Positions 46,763 through 55,773 of a DNA stretch of 64,000 bases are shown one piece after another. The position numbers and the translations under genes are program-made. Origin of the DNA: a virus (Duplodnaviria; Caudoviricetes); the IMG/VR virus record IMGVR_UViG_3300027672_000010, positions 1 through 64,000 of that record. One strand, written 5' to 3'. The notes beneath the pieces were generated by a model. It did no database searches and was not told the origin of the DNA. It saw only the letters and a program-made list of their open reading frames with translations. Each line of letters starts with the position of its first letter. Within the stretch, counting starts at the first letter, position 1.

Positions 46763-49700
46763 ATGCCAAATACGTTTACAGAACAGACAATGAGATCGAC
46801 CTATAAGGACGATTATAAAGATAGTGATAATTACTCACAGATCTTATTCAACGCAGGTCGTGCGCTTCAAGCGCGTGAACTTACGCAGATGCAGACTATC
46901 ATCCAGAAAGAAATCCAACGGTTTGCTAATAATGTATACACCAAAGACGGTGTGGCAACTCAGACTGGTGGTATAACTGTTCAGAACTGGCAGTTTGCCA
47001 AGATCTCGAATGATGCGAACAACACGTTCGATACTACTGATAACCTTAACGGTGTTGTCCTTACTGGTTCACAGTCTAGCATTAAGGTAAAGGTTTACCG
47101 TGCAGTCGCGGCAACTGGTACTGATCCAGATACAATCTACATTCAGTATCTAGAAGATCCTACTGCTCGTAGTCCTGCTACTACTTTCCTAGAACCTGCT
47201 CGTGTAACTCCGGGAGAAGTTCTTTCTAATGGATCGAACATCAACCTGACAGTACAGACTACTAACACAACTGCAAACCCTGCTATTGGTACTGCGTGTG
47301 CGGTAGAAGTCGGTTCTTCTGAATTCTATGTTAAAGGACACTTTGTATTTACACCAAAGCAAGAGTTGATCGTATCTAAGTATTCGGCAGATGCAACGGC
47401 AGACATTGGTTATAAGATTGTACAAGATGTTGTTACTGTATCTGATACAGATGACTTATATGATAACCAGAATGCAACTCCTAACCGTTCAAGTCCCGGT
47501 GCTGATAGACTACGAATCAGACTTACTTTGGCAAAACGATCATCATTGGTCGCAGGTGAGACCTTCGTATACTATGCTACTATGTTCCGTGGTGTTATGG
47601 AGAACGAAGTAACTCAGAAAGAAAACTATGGTTTCCATGATCATGTCGCTACACGCGTCCGTGAGATTCATGGTGACTTCATTACAAAATATTGGAAGAT
47701 TGGTATTGCTCCAGACGCAAAGAGTACAACCAACTTCATCATGCGAGTAGATCCGGGAACTGCATATATTGACGGTCACCGTATTGCTACTAAGCAAACT
47801 CAAAGTCTTATTGTTCCTCGTGCTACTGATACTATTGTTCGTGAAGAAGATCAGGTTGGTGTTGACTACGGCAACTACTTCTACTTCAACGATGGCGTTG
47901 GTATGTTGGATATCGATGTCTGTGAATCAGTTAACCTTTATAAAGGTACGGCAGGGCAAGACTCAGTAATTGGTACTGCTAACATTCGTGCGATTACCGA
48001 AGGTGCTTCGGGTACAAGAGTAGGTGGAAACTCTTACGATAGCGTACCTGCATTTAAGGCACACTTATTCAATATCAATCGTACTAACTTTAACTGGTCA
48101 CTTGCAGACGTTTCGTCTATCAAGTCTGTTGCAAACACTCATTATGTCAATACTGTTAAGACAACTAGTAGTGGCAATTCGATTAACAGTGCGGCACTAC
48201 TTCACGAACCAAAGAAGAATGCTTTAATCTTTGATACGCCTTTGCGTAGACCAAAGAACTTCTCTGATGTCACTATGACATTTATGAAGAAGTATAACTT
48301 CACTTCTAGTGGTACCACTCACTTGATTAATCTAACTGATGCAGGTGAATCATTCGTTCGTGCTAGTGATGTGATTGTCGCATCTACTACAGATTTTAAT
48401 CCGAACGGTGTATCTGCCGCGATCTCTACCGCAGGTAATAAGAGAATAACTTTCTCTGGTCTTACTGGTAGTGTCGCATACGAAGTTATCGTATTCATTA
48501 AGAAGACTAATGCTACTGTTAAGTCCAAGACCCTAACGTCTGCGACTGTTACTGCCGCATTGGATTCTGATGGTCAAGGTCGTTACTTCTTAGATCTTGG
48601 TCAATCAGATGTCTATAGTGTTGAACGTATTCGTAAGACTAACTCCGATGGATCAGATCTCTTTACTAACTTCTTGTTTGATGCAGGTAACCGTACTACT
48701 CACCAAGCAGATGGTAAGTTAATCTGGTCTGGTGGTGGTCTTGATAGTTCTACAGATGGTCAAGTCTTTGCTCGATACAAGTACTTCGCAAACTCTACCG
48801 CAGGTTCATTCTTTGCAGTCAACTCTTATGATGGTCAGTTAGACTATCTTGATGTTCCTGCTCAGAAACTACCTACTGGCGGCAAGGTATCTTTGCGTGA
48901 CGCAATCGACTTCCGTCCTTCAATGAACGGTTCTGGTGCGTTTAGTGCAACTGATGTGCCACCTTTACCAGTACCATCCGATACAATTATCGCAGATGCC
49001 GAATACTACTTGCCTCGTGCAGACCGTTTGGTTATCTCAGACAAGAGCGAACTACGTTATATTACTGGTTCATCTTCTCTTAATCCTAAGTTCCCTGACA
49101 TTCCAGTGGATTGTATTGATCTTTATAAGGTTAAGTTAGGGGCGAACACTCTACACACCCAAGATCTCAAAACAACTATTATCCCTCGTAAGGGATATAC
49201 GATGCAAGACATCAACAAGTTGGAACAGAAAGTTGATCGTCTAGAAGAGATGACTACACTTTCATTACTTGAGTTGAACACTAAGTTCTTACAAGTATTA
49301 GATAGTGCTGGTGATGATCGTTCTAAGGCAGGTTTCTTTGTAGATAACTTCTCTAACCATTCCCACACTTCGATAGGTACTAATGTCGGTGGCGGTGGTA
49401 AGTCTTCGATTGATCCCCATGCTAAATTGATGCGTCCTACTTACTCAGAAGATGCTATCGATATGTACTATGATAGTAATCACTCTCTACAGTTAAACAC
49501 TGTTAAGCAAGGCGATTTCGTTACACTAAACTACTCTACGGTTGGATACCAGTCACAAGAACTTGCATCTAATACAGAGAACCTTGCGCCATTCTATGTA
49601 CAGACTTCTATTGGCGCATTGTCAATATCTCCTGAAACCGATAACTGGTTTGATACACAGAAAGTCGGTGAGACTGTTGTAGGTACAGCAACCGAACTAG

Positions 49701-52700
49701 ACTTAACCCATGCTTTATCTTGGAACAACTCTGAGAACTCTTGGTATGGTGTTGATCCTAGTGAACTAGATGTTGGTGATGCTTCTAACTCATTCATCTC
49801 TGGTACTTCTACTCAGGTTACTCACGATTCATTAGACCCAATCCTCATTGGTACTCAACAAACCGAGCATCTTGGAGAGTGGGTTAAAGTTGGTAACGTA
49901 ACTGATGTTGAAACACTATTCACCGAAGTAGTAGAAATCTCTAGGGAACGTGAAGAAGAGATCTCACGAACTACCATCGATTCTTATTGGCAAGCAATAC
50001 AAGATGGCACTTATGAAGATTACTGGGGCAACTGGGACGGTCACTGGGATGGCGTGAACTGGGATAGTCTCTATGGCGTAGGCACTAACTTCTTCACTGG
50101 TGACTTTGGTCTAGGTGGAAACAGTTACGAGGGCGGTGGTCTTTATGGATGGGGATCATTCGATTGGTCATTCGAAGAAATCACTACAGATATGTGGGAT
50201 GTTATTACTTCTGAAACAAGAGATACTGTACGGACTGCTAATACTTCTACATACGAGACTACTCGAACAATCAATACAGAGAATACCTACGAAGGTACTG
50301 TAGAGACAACTACTGCCACAAGCACTTCAAGCACAGTAAACCGTGTTGCAAGTGAGTCAACTATTCGAGACATTATTGGTAGTCGAATCGTAGATGTTGC
50401 AGTTATACCATTCATGCGTCCTATTAGAATCAACTTCAAAGCAGAAGGACTTCGTGCTAACACACAGTACTTCCCATTCTTTGACGGTGAGAACGTATCT
50501 ACTTTCTGTAGAGAAGAGACTGTATACCAAACTTATGGTGACAAGTCTTATACTCTTGCACAAGGTGTTGAGGATGATGAGGGGACTCAACGTCCTACTC
50601 AGGATCACTCACAAGGAAAGACTAACTTAGTCGCCAATGCAGACGGTGAGATCATAGGTTCTTTCGAAGTTCCTAATGGTACTCACATGAGATTCAAGAC
50701 TGGTAGTCGAACATTTGCGATGTATGATGTTAATGCTTCGGATCGGCAATCGGCAATGTCTTTTTGTGAGACAGTATTTACTTCGGCAGGTGTTTTGAAC
50801 AAGACCGAAGATAACGTACAAGTAACTCGCATACTCAAGATTGTTGGTGGATCGACTGTTGCAGTTGAATCCACTACGGCAGTTGAGAATACAGTATGGA
50901 CAGAAAGTGTTGTAACTACCGAAGTTGCCACCGATGTTAGATCAACATCTACTACTACTGTAATCGCAGGGGATCAGTCAACTACTCGCGAACACGTCGG
51001 TCAGACTGTCGTAATAGATCATGGTTGGGGAACTTATCCAGTAGATCATACTACTGACACAGTAACTCCTCCCGGTGGTTCTGGTACACCAGAAACTCAA
51101 CCTGCCGCAGAAGTTCCTGCCAGAAATAGAGGTAAGGGCAATCGAGGAATGCAAGATGGTGGCGCAAGATATGTCGATCCTATTGCACAGACTTTCCAAG
51201 TACTAGAAGCAGGTGGTATCTTCATGCCTAGCGTCGAAGTATACTTTGCGACTAAGGGTAGCACTTCGGTAAGATGTGAGATTCGTCCTGCTGTTCAAGG
51301 AAAACCTTCTTCTACTTCTATCTTGGCATTCAAGGTTCTTAAAGCAAGTCAAGTTAACTTGGTATCGGCAGGTTCTACAAACAAAGAGATGCTACAAAAC
51401 TCTACTAAGTTTATATTTGACAACCCTCTGTTCCTTGCTCCGGGAGAATACTCAATTGTATTAATTCCTACAGACAACAACCCAGACTATAATGTCTATG
51501 TTGGTACTGTTGGTGAGTTCCAGTTGGGATCAAGTACTTCGTTTATATCACAACAACCGACTCTGGGTGGATTCTTTAAATCTCAGAACGGTAAGTTATG
51601 GGAACCATCTAGTGACATTGACTTATGTTACAGACTTAACTGTTGTCAGTTTGTTAGTAGCGGTAATGCGATATTTGAGAACAGTAATGTATCACCACAA
51701 GCACTAGGCAAAGACCCATTACTTGTTGACTCAGGTAGTAACGTTCGAGTAATGTTACAGGGTCATGGTTTACGCGCAGGTGATATGACTTGGATTCGTG
51801 GTATTGACTCCGCAACTAACTTTGGTAATGGTCTTACTGGTGCTGATGTAATTGGCCCTAGAACAGTCATCCAAGCAGATAACTCTGGTTACACATATGC
51901 CGCAGATGCTAACGTAACTTCTCGTAAGTGGTTCGGTGGTTCTTCTGTGACTTCACAACGTAACATTAACTTTGACAGACTCAAACCAATAATGAACTTA
52001 ACTCAACCTTCTTCGACTAACATTACGTTGTCTATGAAGACTACTAGTCAATCTGCTCTGGCAGGTGATCAGACTAGGTTCGTAAAAGATAGTAAGTTTA
52101 GTATTGTTGAGAATAACAAGTGGATTGAGTTTGCTCAACCAAAAGCAATCTACAATAGACGTACCGAGAACTTGACTGGTGCAGGTAAGTTAGCAGGTGA
52201 GAGATCTTCTACTCTACAGGTTACTATGGCAACGACTAACCCATTCCTATCTCCAGTACTTGATCTGGAAGGAATGAGTCTGAATGCTTGTGCTAACTTG
52301 ATATCTAAACAAGACTCTGCCGCAACTGTCGGTTACAATGTTCCGTTAACTTATGTATCAGAGAGATCACCTCTCAACGGTACCGAATCTGCGAAGCATA
52401 TAACTAAGGTTACTACTCTAACAGATGCCGCAGTTGGTCTAAAGGTATTACTTGCCGCTAACCGTCCTCCTGAGTCTGACTTCCAGATTTACTGGAGAGT
52501 GGCGAGTGGTTCAGATCCTATCCAGAAGATGGCATGGACTATTGCACCTGCCGAAGTATCTCCACAACCAGATACGAACAAGAACGTGTTCCGTGAGTAT
52601 CGTTACCTAGTAGGTGGTGAAGGTGGTACTATGAATCCATTTACTCAGTTCCAAGTCAAGATTGTTATGCGATCTACTAACAGTGCGAAATGTCCTACCT

Positions 52701-52735
52701 TCCGTGACTTACGCATAATGGCATTGGCAGTATAA
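46763..52735 (+). CDS. Large virion structural protein (VrlC/DUF4815-like)
   Basis: LF..GRALQARELT.MQ, PGADRL, YYLPR.D, YTM.DI..LE, GFFVDNF, DP.AQTF. Confidence 0.8.
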   Translation: MPNTFTEQTMRSTYKDDYKDSDNYSQILFNAGRALQARELTQMQTIIQKEIQRFANNVYTKDGVATQTGGITVQNWQFAKISNDANNTFDTTDNLNGVVLTGSQSSIKVKVYRAVAATGTDPDTIYIQYLEDPTARSPATTFLEPARVTPGEVLSNGSNINLTVQTTNTTANPAIGTACAVEVGSSEFYVKGHFVFTPKQELIVSKYSADATADIGYKIVQDVVTVSDTDDLYDNQNATPNRSSPGADRLRIRLTLAKRSSLVAGETFVYYATMFRGVMENEVTQKENYGFHDHVATRVREIHGDFITKYWKIGIAPDAKSTTNFIMRVDPGTAYIDGHRIATKQTQSLIVPRATDTIVREEDQVGVDYGNYFYFNDGVGMLDIDVCESVNLYKGTAGQDSVIGTANIRAITEGASGTRVGGNSYDSVPAFKAHLFNINRTNFNWSLADVSSIKSVANTHYVNTVKTTSSGNSINSAALLHEPKKNALIFDTPLRRPKNFSDVTMTFMKKYNFTSSGTTHLINLTDAGESFVRASDVIVASTTDFNPNGVSAAISTAGNKRITFSGLTGSVAYEVIVFIKKTNATVKSKTLTSATVTAALDSDGQGRYFLDLGQSDVYSVERIRKTNSDGSDLFTNFLFDAGNRTTHQADGKLIWSGGGLDSSTDGQVFARYKYFANSTAGSFFAVNSYDGQLDYLDVPAQKLPTGGKVSLRDAIDFRPSMNGSGAFSATDVPPLPVPSDTIIADAEYYLPRADRLVISDKSELRYITGSSSLNPKFPDIPVDCIDLYKVKLGANTLHTQDLKTTIIPRKGYTMQDINKLEQKVDRLEEMTTLSLLELNTKFLQVLDSAGDDRSKAGFFVDNFSNHSHTSIGTNVGGGGKSSIDPHAKLMRPTYSEDAIDMYYDSNHSLQLNTVKQGDFVTLNYSTVGYQSQELASNTENLAPFYVQTSIGALSISPETDNWFDTQKVGETVVGTATELDLTHALSWNNSENSWYGVDPSELDVGDASNSFISGTSTQVTHDSLDPILIGTQQTEHLGEWVKVGNVTDVETLFTEVVEISREREEEISRTTIDSYWQAIQDGTYEDYWGNWDGHWDGVNWDSLYGVGTNFFTGDFGLGGNSYEGGGLYGWGSFDWSFEEITTDMWDVITSETRDTVRTANTSTYETTRTINTENTYEGTVETTTATSTSSTVNRVASESTIRDIIGSRIVDVAVIPFMRPIRINFKAEGLRANTQYFPFFDGENVSTFCREETVYQTYGDKSYTLAQGVEDDEGTQRPTQDHSQGKTNLVANADGEIIGSFEVPNGTHMRFKTGSRTFAMYDVNASDRQSAMSFCETVFTSAGVLNKTEDNVQVTRILKIVGGSTVAVESTTAVENTVWTESVVTTEVATDVRSTSTTTVIAGDQSTTREHVGQTVVIDHGWGTYPVDHTTDTVTPPGGSGTPETQPAAEVPARNRGKGNRGMQDGGARYVDPIAQTFQVLEAGGIFMPSVEVYFATKGSTSVRCEIRPAVQGKPSSTSILAFKVLKASQVNLVSAGSTNKEMLQNSTKFIFDNPLFLAPGEYSIVLIPTDNNPDYNVYVGTVGEFQLGSSTSFISQQPTLGGFFKSQNGKLWEPSSDIDLCYRLNCCQFVSSGNAIFENSNVSPQALGKDPLLVDSGSNVRVMLQGHGLRAGDMTWIRGIDSATNFGNGLTGADVIGPRTVIQADNSGYTYAADANVTSRKWFGGSSVTSQRNINFDRLKPIMNLTQPSSTNITLSMKTTSQSALAGDQTRFVKDSKFSIVENNKWIEFAQPKAIYNRRTENLTGAGKLAGERSSTLQVTMATTNPFLSPVLDLEGMSLNACANLISKQDSAATVGYNVPLTYVSERSPLNGTESAKHITKVTTLTDAAVGLKVLLAANRPPESDFQIYWRVASGSDPIQKMAWTIAPAEVSPQPDTNKNVFREYRYLVGGEGGTMNPFTQFQVKIVMRSTNSAKCPTFRDLRIMALAV

Positions 52736-52965
52736 TGAAACGCACATTGACTGCTGTAAAAGATGAACCCGATTTTGCCAGAGATGGTGAGTCGGGTGGC
52801 ATTATTAATATAAATAGAACTGAGATACAGAATGCTAAAGAACGGAAGAAGAACCGCCAAGCAAAACTTGCGGATGAAAAGAATCTGAAGGATAAGGTAA
52901 GTAATCTCGAAAATGATATGCGAGATATCAAATCCTTACTTTCACAACTAGTAGAGAAACTATAG
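52735..52965 (+). CDS. Small coiled-coil protein
   Basis: RD..SG.IIN motif, C-terminal heptads. Confidence 0.7.
   Translation: MKRTLTAVKDEPDFARDGESGGIININRTEIQNAKERKKNRQAKLADEKNLKDKVSNLENDMRDIKSLLSQLVEKL
52809..52816 (+). promoter_or_regulatory. Late promoter (intragenic)
   Basis: TATAAATA 150 nt upstream of the fibre gene. Confidence 0.6.
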
Positions 52966-55761
52966 ATGTCAAGACCATTTACTAAATTATCAGACTCGTT
53001 TAAGATATTACGAGACAACCTGAATACGACATCGTATAACGTTGGCGATCCAGATAACTTACTTACTTATGGTGACAGTGATGTTGTCATGGCAATCAAT
53101 GAGATCGAAAGAGTCTTTGATGCTTCGGCAGGTGAAATATTATATCCTACTGGTAATGCACTACAGGGCGAAACCCAAACACGACTATTGATTAGTACTG
53201 CACAAGCAAGTGGTACTGATATCCAATTTAATGTCGGAGCAAACTTCAACGTCAATGCAGTGGGTGATATTAACCTAGATGCAGGTGGAGCGAACATCAA
53301 CTTCCTTGATGATTCGGTTGCGCGTTTCAACTTTACATTAGGTGCAACTAACGTAGTAGACGTTACTGGTATCCTTGACCTTAATATTTCGAGTAACCTA
53401 GATGCAGATATTGCAGGTAACTCAGTACTTACGACCACTGGATCCCAAACCCAAGAGGGCACAACCCTTAACCTAGACTTCTCTGGTGATATCACCTTAG
53501 ACGCTGATGGTAACGACATCATATTTAAGAATGGTGCAGGTGGTGATCAAGTAACGCATACTCTTCTCGACAATGCAAAGTACACTATTGCCGCACCTGA
53601 TGACTACACTATTGATGCTGTAGGGGATATAGTACTTGATGCAGGTGGAGACAATATAACACTGAAGGATGCAGGTACTACTCGTATCGGTTATACCCTT
53701 GGTGCTACAAACACTATTGCGACTACTGGCAACTTAACAAACAATACGTCTGGTGCAGTAGTTGATTCTGCCGCATCATACACAGGTACATTCACTGGTG
53801 CATATGCTACTACCGCAGGTGGTAATCAAACTGCCACAGTGGGTGGTAACTATGTCCTAGATGCAAACGGTGACATAACCCTAGACGCGAACGGTAATGA
53901 TATTATCCTTCGTGATGGTGCAGATGATCGAATCAAACACACACTTGGTGCTACTAACACTACTGCCGTGACAGGTAACTATACTGTCGATGCGTCTGGA
54001 GACATTGTTCTCGATGCAGGTGGTAATGACTTAGACATTAAAGGTGCAGGTACTACTCGTTTCGCATATGGTCTTGGTACTAGTAACACAATAGATGTTA
54101 CAGGAAACTTAACACAGACTATTGCAGGTGCTTATTCAGATAGTGCTACTGGTGCTTATCATATTGGTGCTACTGGCGCACTTGACATTGTTAGCGCGTC
54201 AACTTTAGTAACTAGTTCTAAGGCACAGACCCACACATCTAACGGTGCATATAACGTCAATGTAACAGGTGCCGCTAAGATTGCCGCATCAACTACTATC
54301 ACATTAGACGCGGCAGGGGATATTATCCTTGACGCGGCAGGTGATGACGTAATCCTTAAAGATGCAGGGACAGAGTACGGAAGATTCAAACACGCAGGTG
54401 CCAATCAATTAGGTATCTACTCTAATGGTATCCTGACTGCAACACTGAATGACTCAGACATTGTATTCAACAACGATGTTAACATTGAGAATGATCTTGA
54501 TGTAGACCGTGACTTGAATGTTGATCGTAACACTACCTTAAATGGTAATGTTGATCTGGGTAATGCTACTGGAGATACTATCTCTTTCCTTGGTCGTGTT
54601 GATACAAACATCGTACCAAGCACAGACGGTACTCGTGACCTTGGTTCTGCCTCACTAGAGATGCGACATGGTTTCTTCGATGGAACAGTAACTACTGATA
54701 GTCTTGTCACAGACAGTGCAGACATTGCTAACTTTAATGTTGTTTCCAATACAATAAGTAATCCTAATGCAGTGACCCTAGATGGTGGTAATGCCATTAA
54801 CCTAGACACTCATACTGGTTCTTTGACAATGAAGAAAGCAGGGACTACTCGTCTTGCATATACTCTTGCCGCGAACAACGTATTAAATGCGACTGGTAGT
54901 TTGACTACTAATGCTACTACCCTGATAAAGGACTCTGCCACTACTAGTCACACAACTGTAGCAGGTACTTCGATAGTACATACCGCAGGTACCACACTGA
55001 CTAATACGTCTGGTGGCGCAATGACACAAACGTCTGGTGGAAACTGGACTGCGACTGTAACAGGTGCCGCCAAGATAGACGCGTCAACTACCATCACATT
55101 AGATGCGAATACAGACATTGTTCTTGATGCAAATAGTGGTAACGTATATCTCAAAGACAACGGTACTCAGTTTGGTCGATTCCAAAACAGTAGCAATCAA
55201 TTAGATATATACTCTGGGACTACACTTGCAGTAGCAATGGACGCAAGCAAAGTAGAGATTCATGGTCGCGCATTCTTCGTAGACAGTGGCGTGAATACTG
55301 TGGCACAGAACATAGCAGGTTCTATCAATGAGATACATACTCAGTTAGATTCGGCAGTATCAGAGATCCTTGTTAACAAGGGAAACATTGCTACTAATGA
55401 TGCAGAACTTGCAGTTCATCTTTCAAGACTCGATTCTGATAGTACTCAGTTGGCATTTAACATTGGAAGACTGGATTCTGATAGTACTCAGTTGGCAGTT
55501 AACATTGGAAGACTTGATTCTGATGCTACTTTCTTGCAATCTAACCTTGGTAGGATTGATACCAACTCAGCAAACATAGCGACTAACGTAAGTAACATTA
55601 CTGCTGTCAATACTTTGGTAGGAACTCTGAATACATTAGATTCTTCTGCTCCGGGCGGTTTCTTCAAAGGTATAAATAATGATAGTATCGTTAAAGCGTT
55701 AAATGAACTGGCAACTAGAACTGTCCTTATCTATGACGAAAGCGGTACTCTTCTAAACTAA
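52966..55761 (+). CDS. Tail fibre-like protein
   Basis: GDI.LDA.G repeats, C-terminal coiled coil; located in tail module. Confidence 0.75.
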   Translation: MSRPFTKLSDSFKILRDNLNTTSYNVGDPDNLLTYGDSDVVMAINEIERVFDASAGEILYPTGNALQGETQTRLLISTAQASGTDIQFNVGANFNVNAVGDINLDAGGANINFLDDSVARFNFTLGATNVVDVTGILDLNISSNLDADIAGNSVLTTTGSQTQEGTTLNLDFSGDITLDADGNDIIFKNGAGGDQVTHTLLDNAKYTIAAPDDYTIDAVGDIVLDAGGDNITLKDAGTTRIGYTLGATNTIATTGNLTNNTSGAVVDSAASYTGTFTGAYATTAGGNQTATVGGNYVLDANGDITLDANGNDIILRDGADDRIKHTLGATNTTAVTGNYTVDASGDIVLDAGGNDLDIKGAGTTRFAYGLGTSNTIDVTGNLTQTIAGAYSDSATGAYHIGATGALDIVSASTLVTSSKAQTHTSNGAYNVNVTGAAKIAASTTITLDAAGDIILDAAGDDVILKDAGTEYGRFKHAGANQLGIYSNGILTATLNDSDIVFNNDVNIENDLDVDRDLNVDRNTTLNGNVDLGNATGDTISFLGRVDTNIVPSTDGTRDLGSASLEMRHGFFDGTVTTDSLVTDSADIANFNVVSNTISNPNAVTLDGGNAINLDTHTGSLTMKKAGTTRLAYTLAANNVLNATGSLTTNATTLIKDSATTSHTTVAGTSIVHTAGTTLTNTSGGAMTQTSGGNWTATVTGAAKIDASTTITLDANTDIVLDANSGNVYLKDNGTQFGRFQNSSNQLDIYSGTTLAVAMDASKVEIHGRAFFVDSGVNTVAQNIAGSINEIHTQLDSAVSEILVNKGNIATNDAELAVHLSRLDSDSTQLAFNIGRLDSDSTQLAVNIGRLDSDATFLQSNLGRIDTNSANIATNVSNITAVNTLVGTLNTLDSSAPGGFFKGINNDSIVKALNELATRTVLIYDESGTLLN
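55425..55530 (+). repeat. 42-nt tandem repeat x2.5 (RLDSDSTQLAxNIG)
   Basis: Near-identical AGACTNGATTCTGATAGTACTCAGTTGGCA units. Confidence 0.85.
55671..55678 (+). promoter_or_regulatory. Late promoter
   Basis: TATAAATA about 100 nt upstream of 55774. Confidence 0.7.
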
Positions 55762-55773
55762 GTAGGAAAGAGA

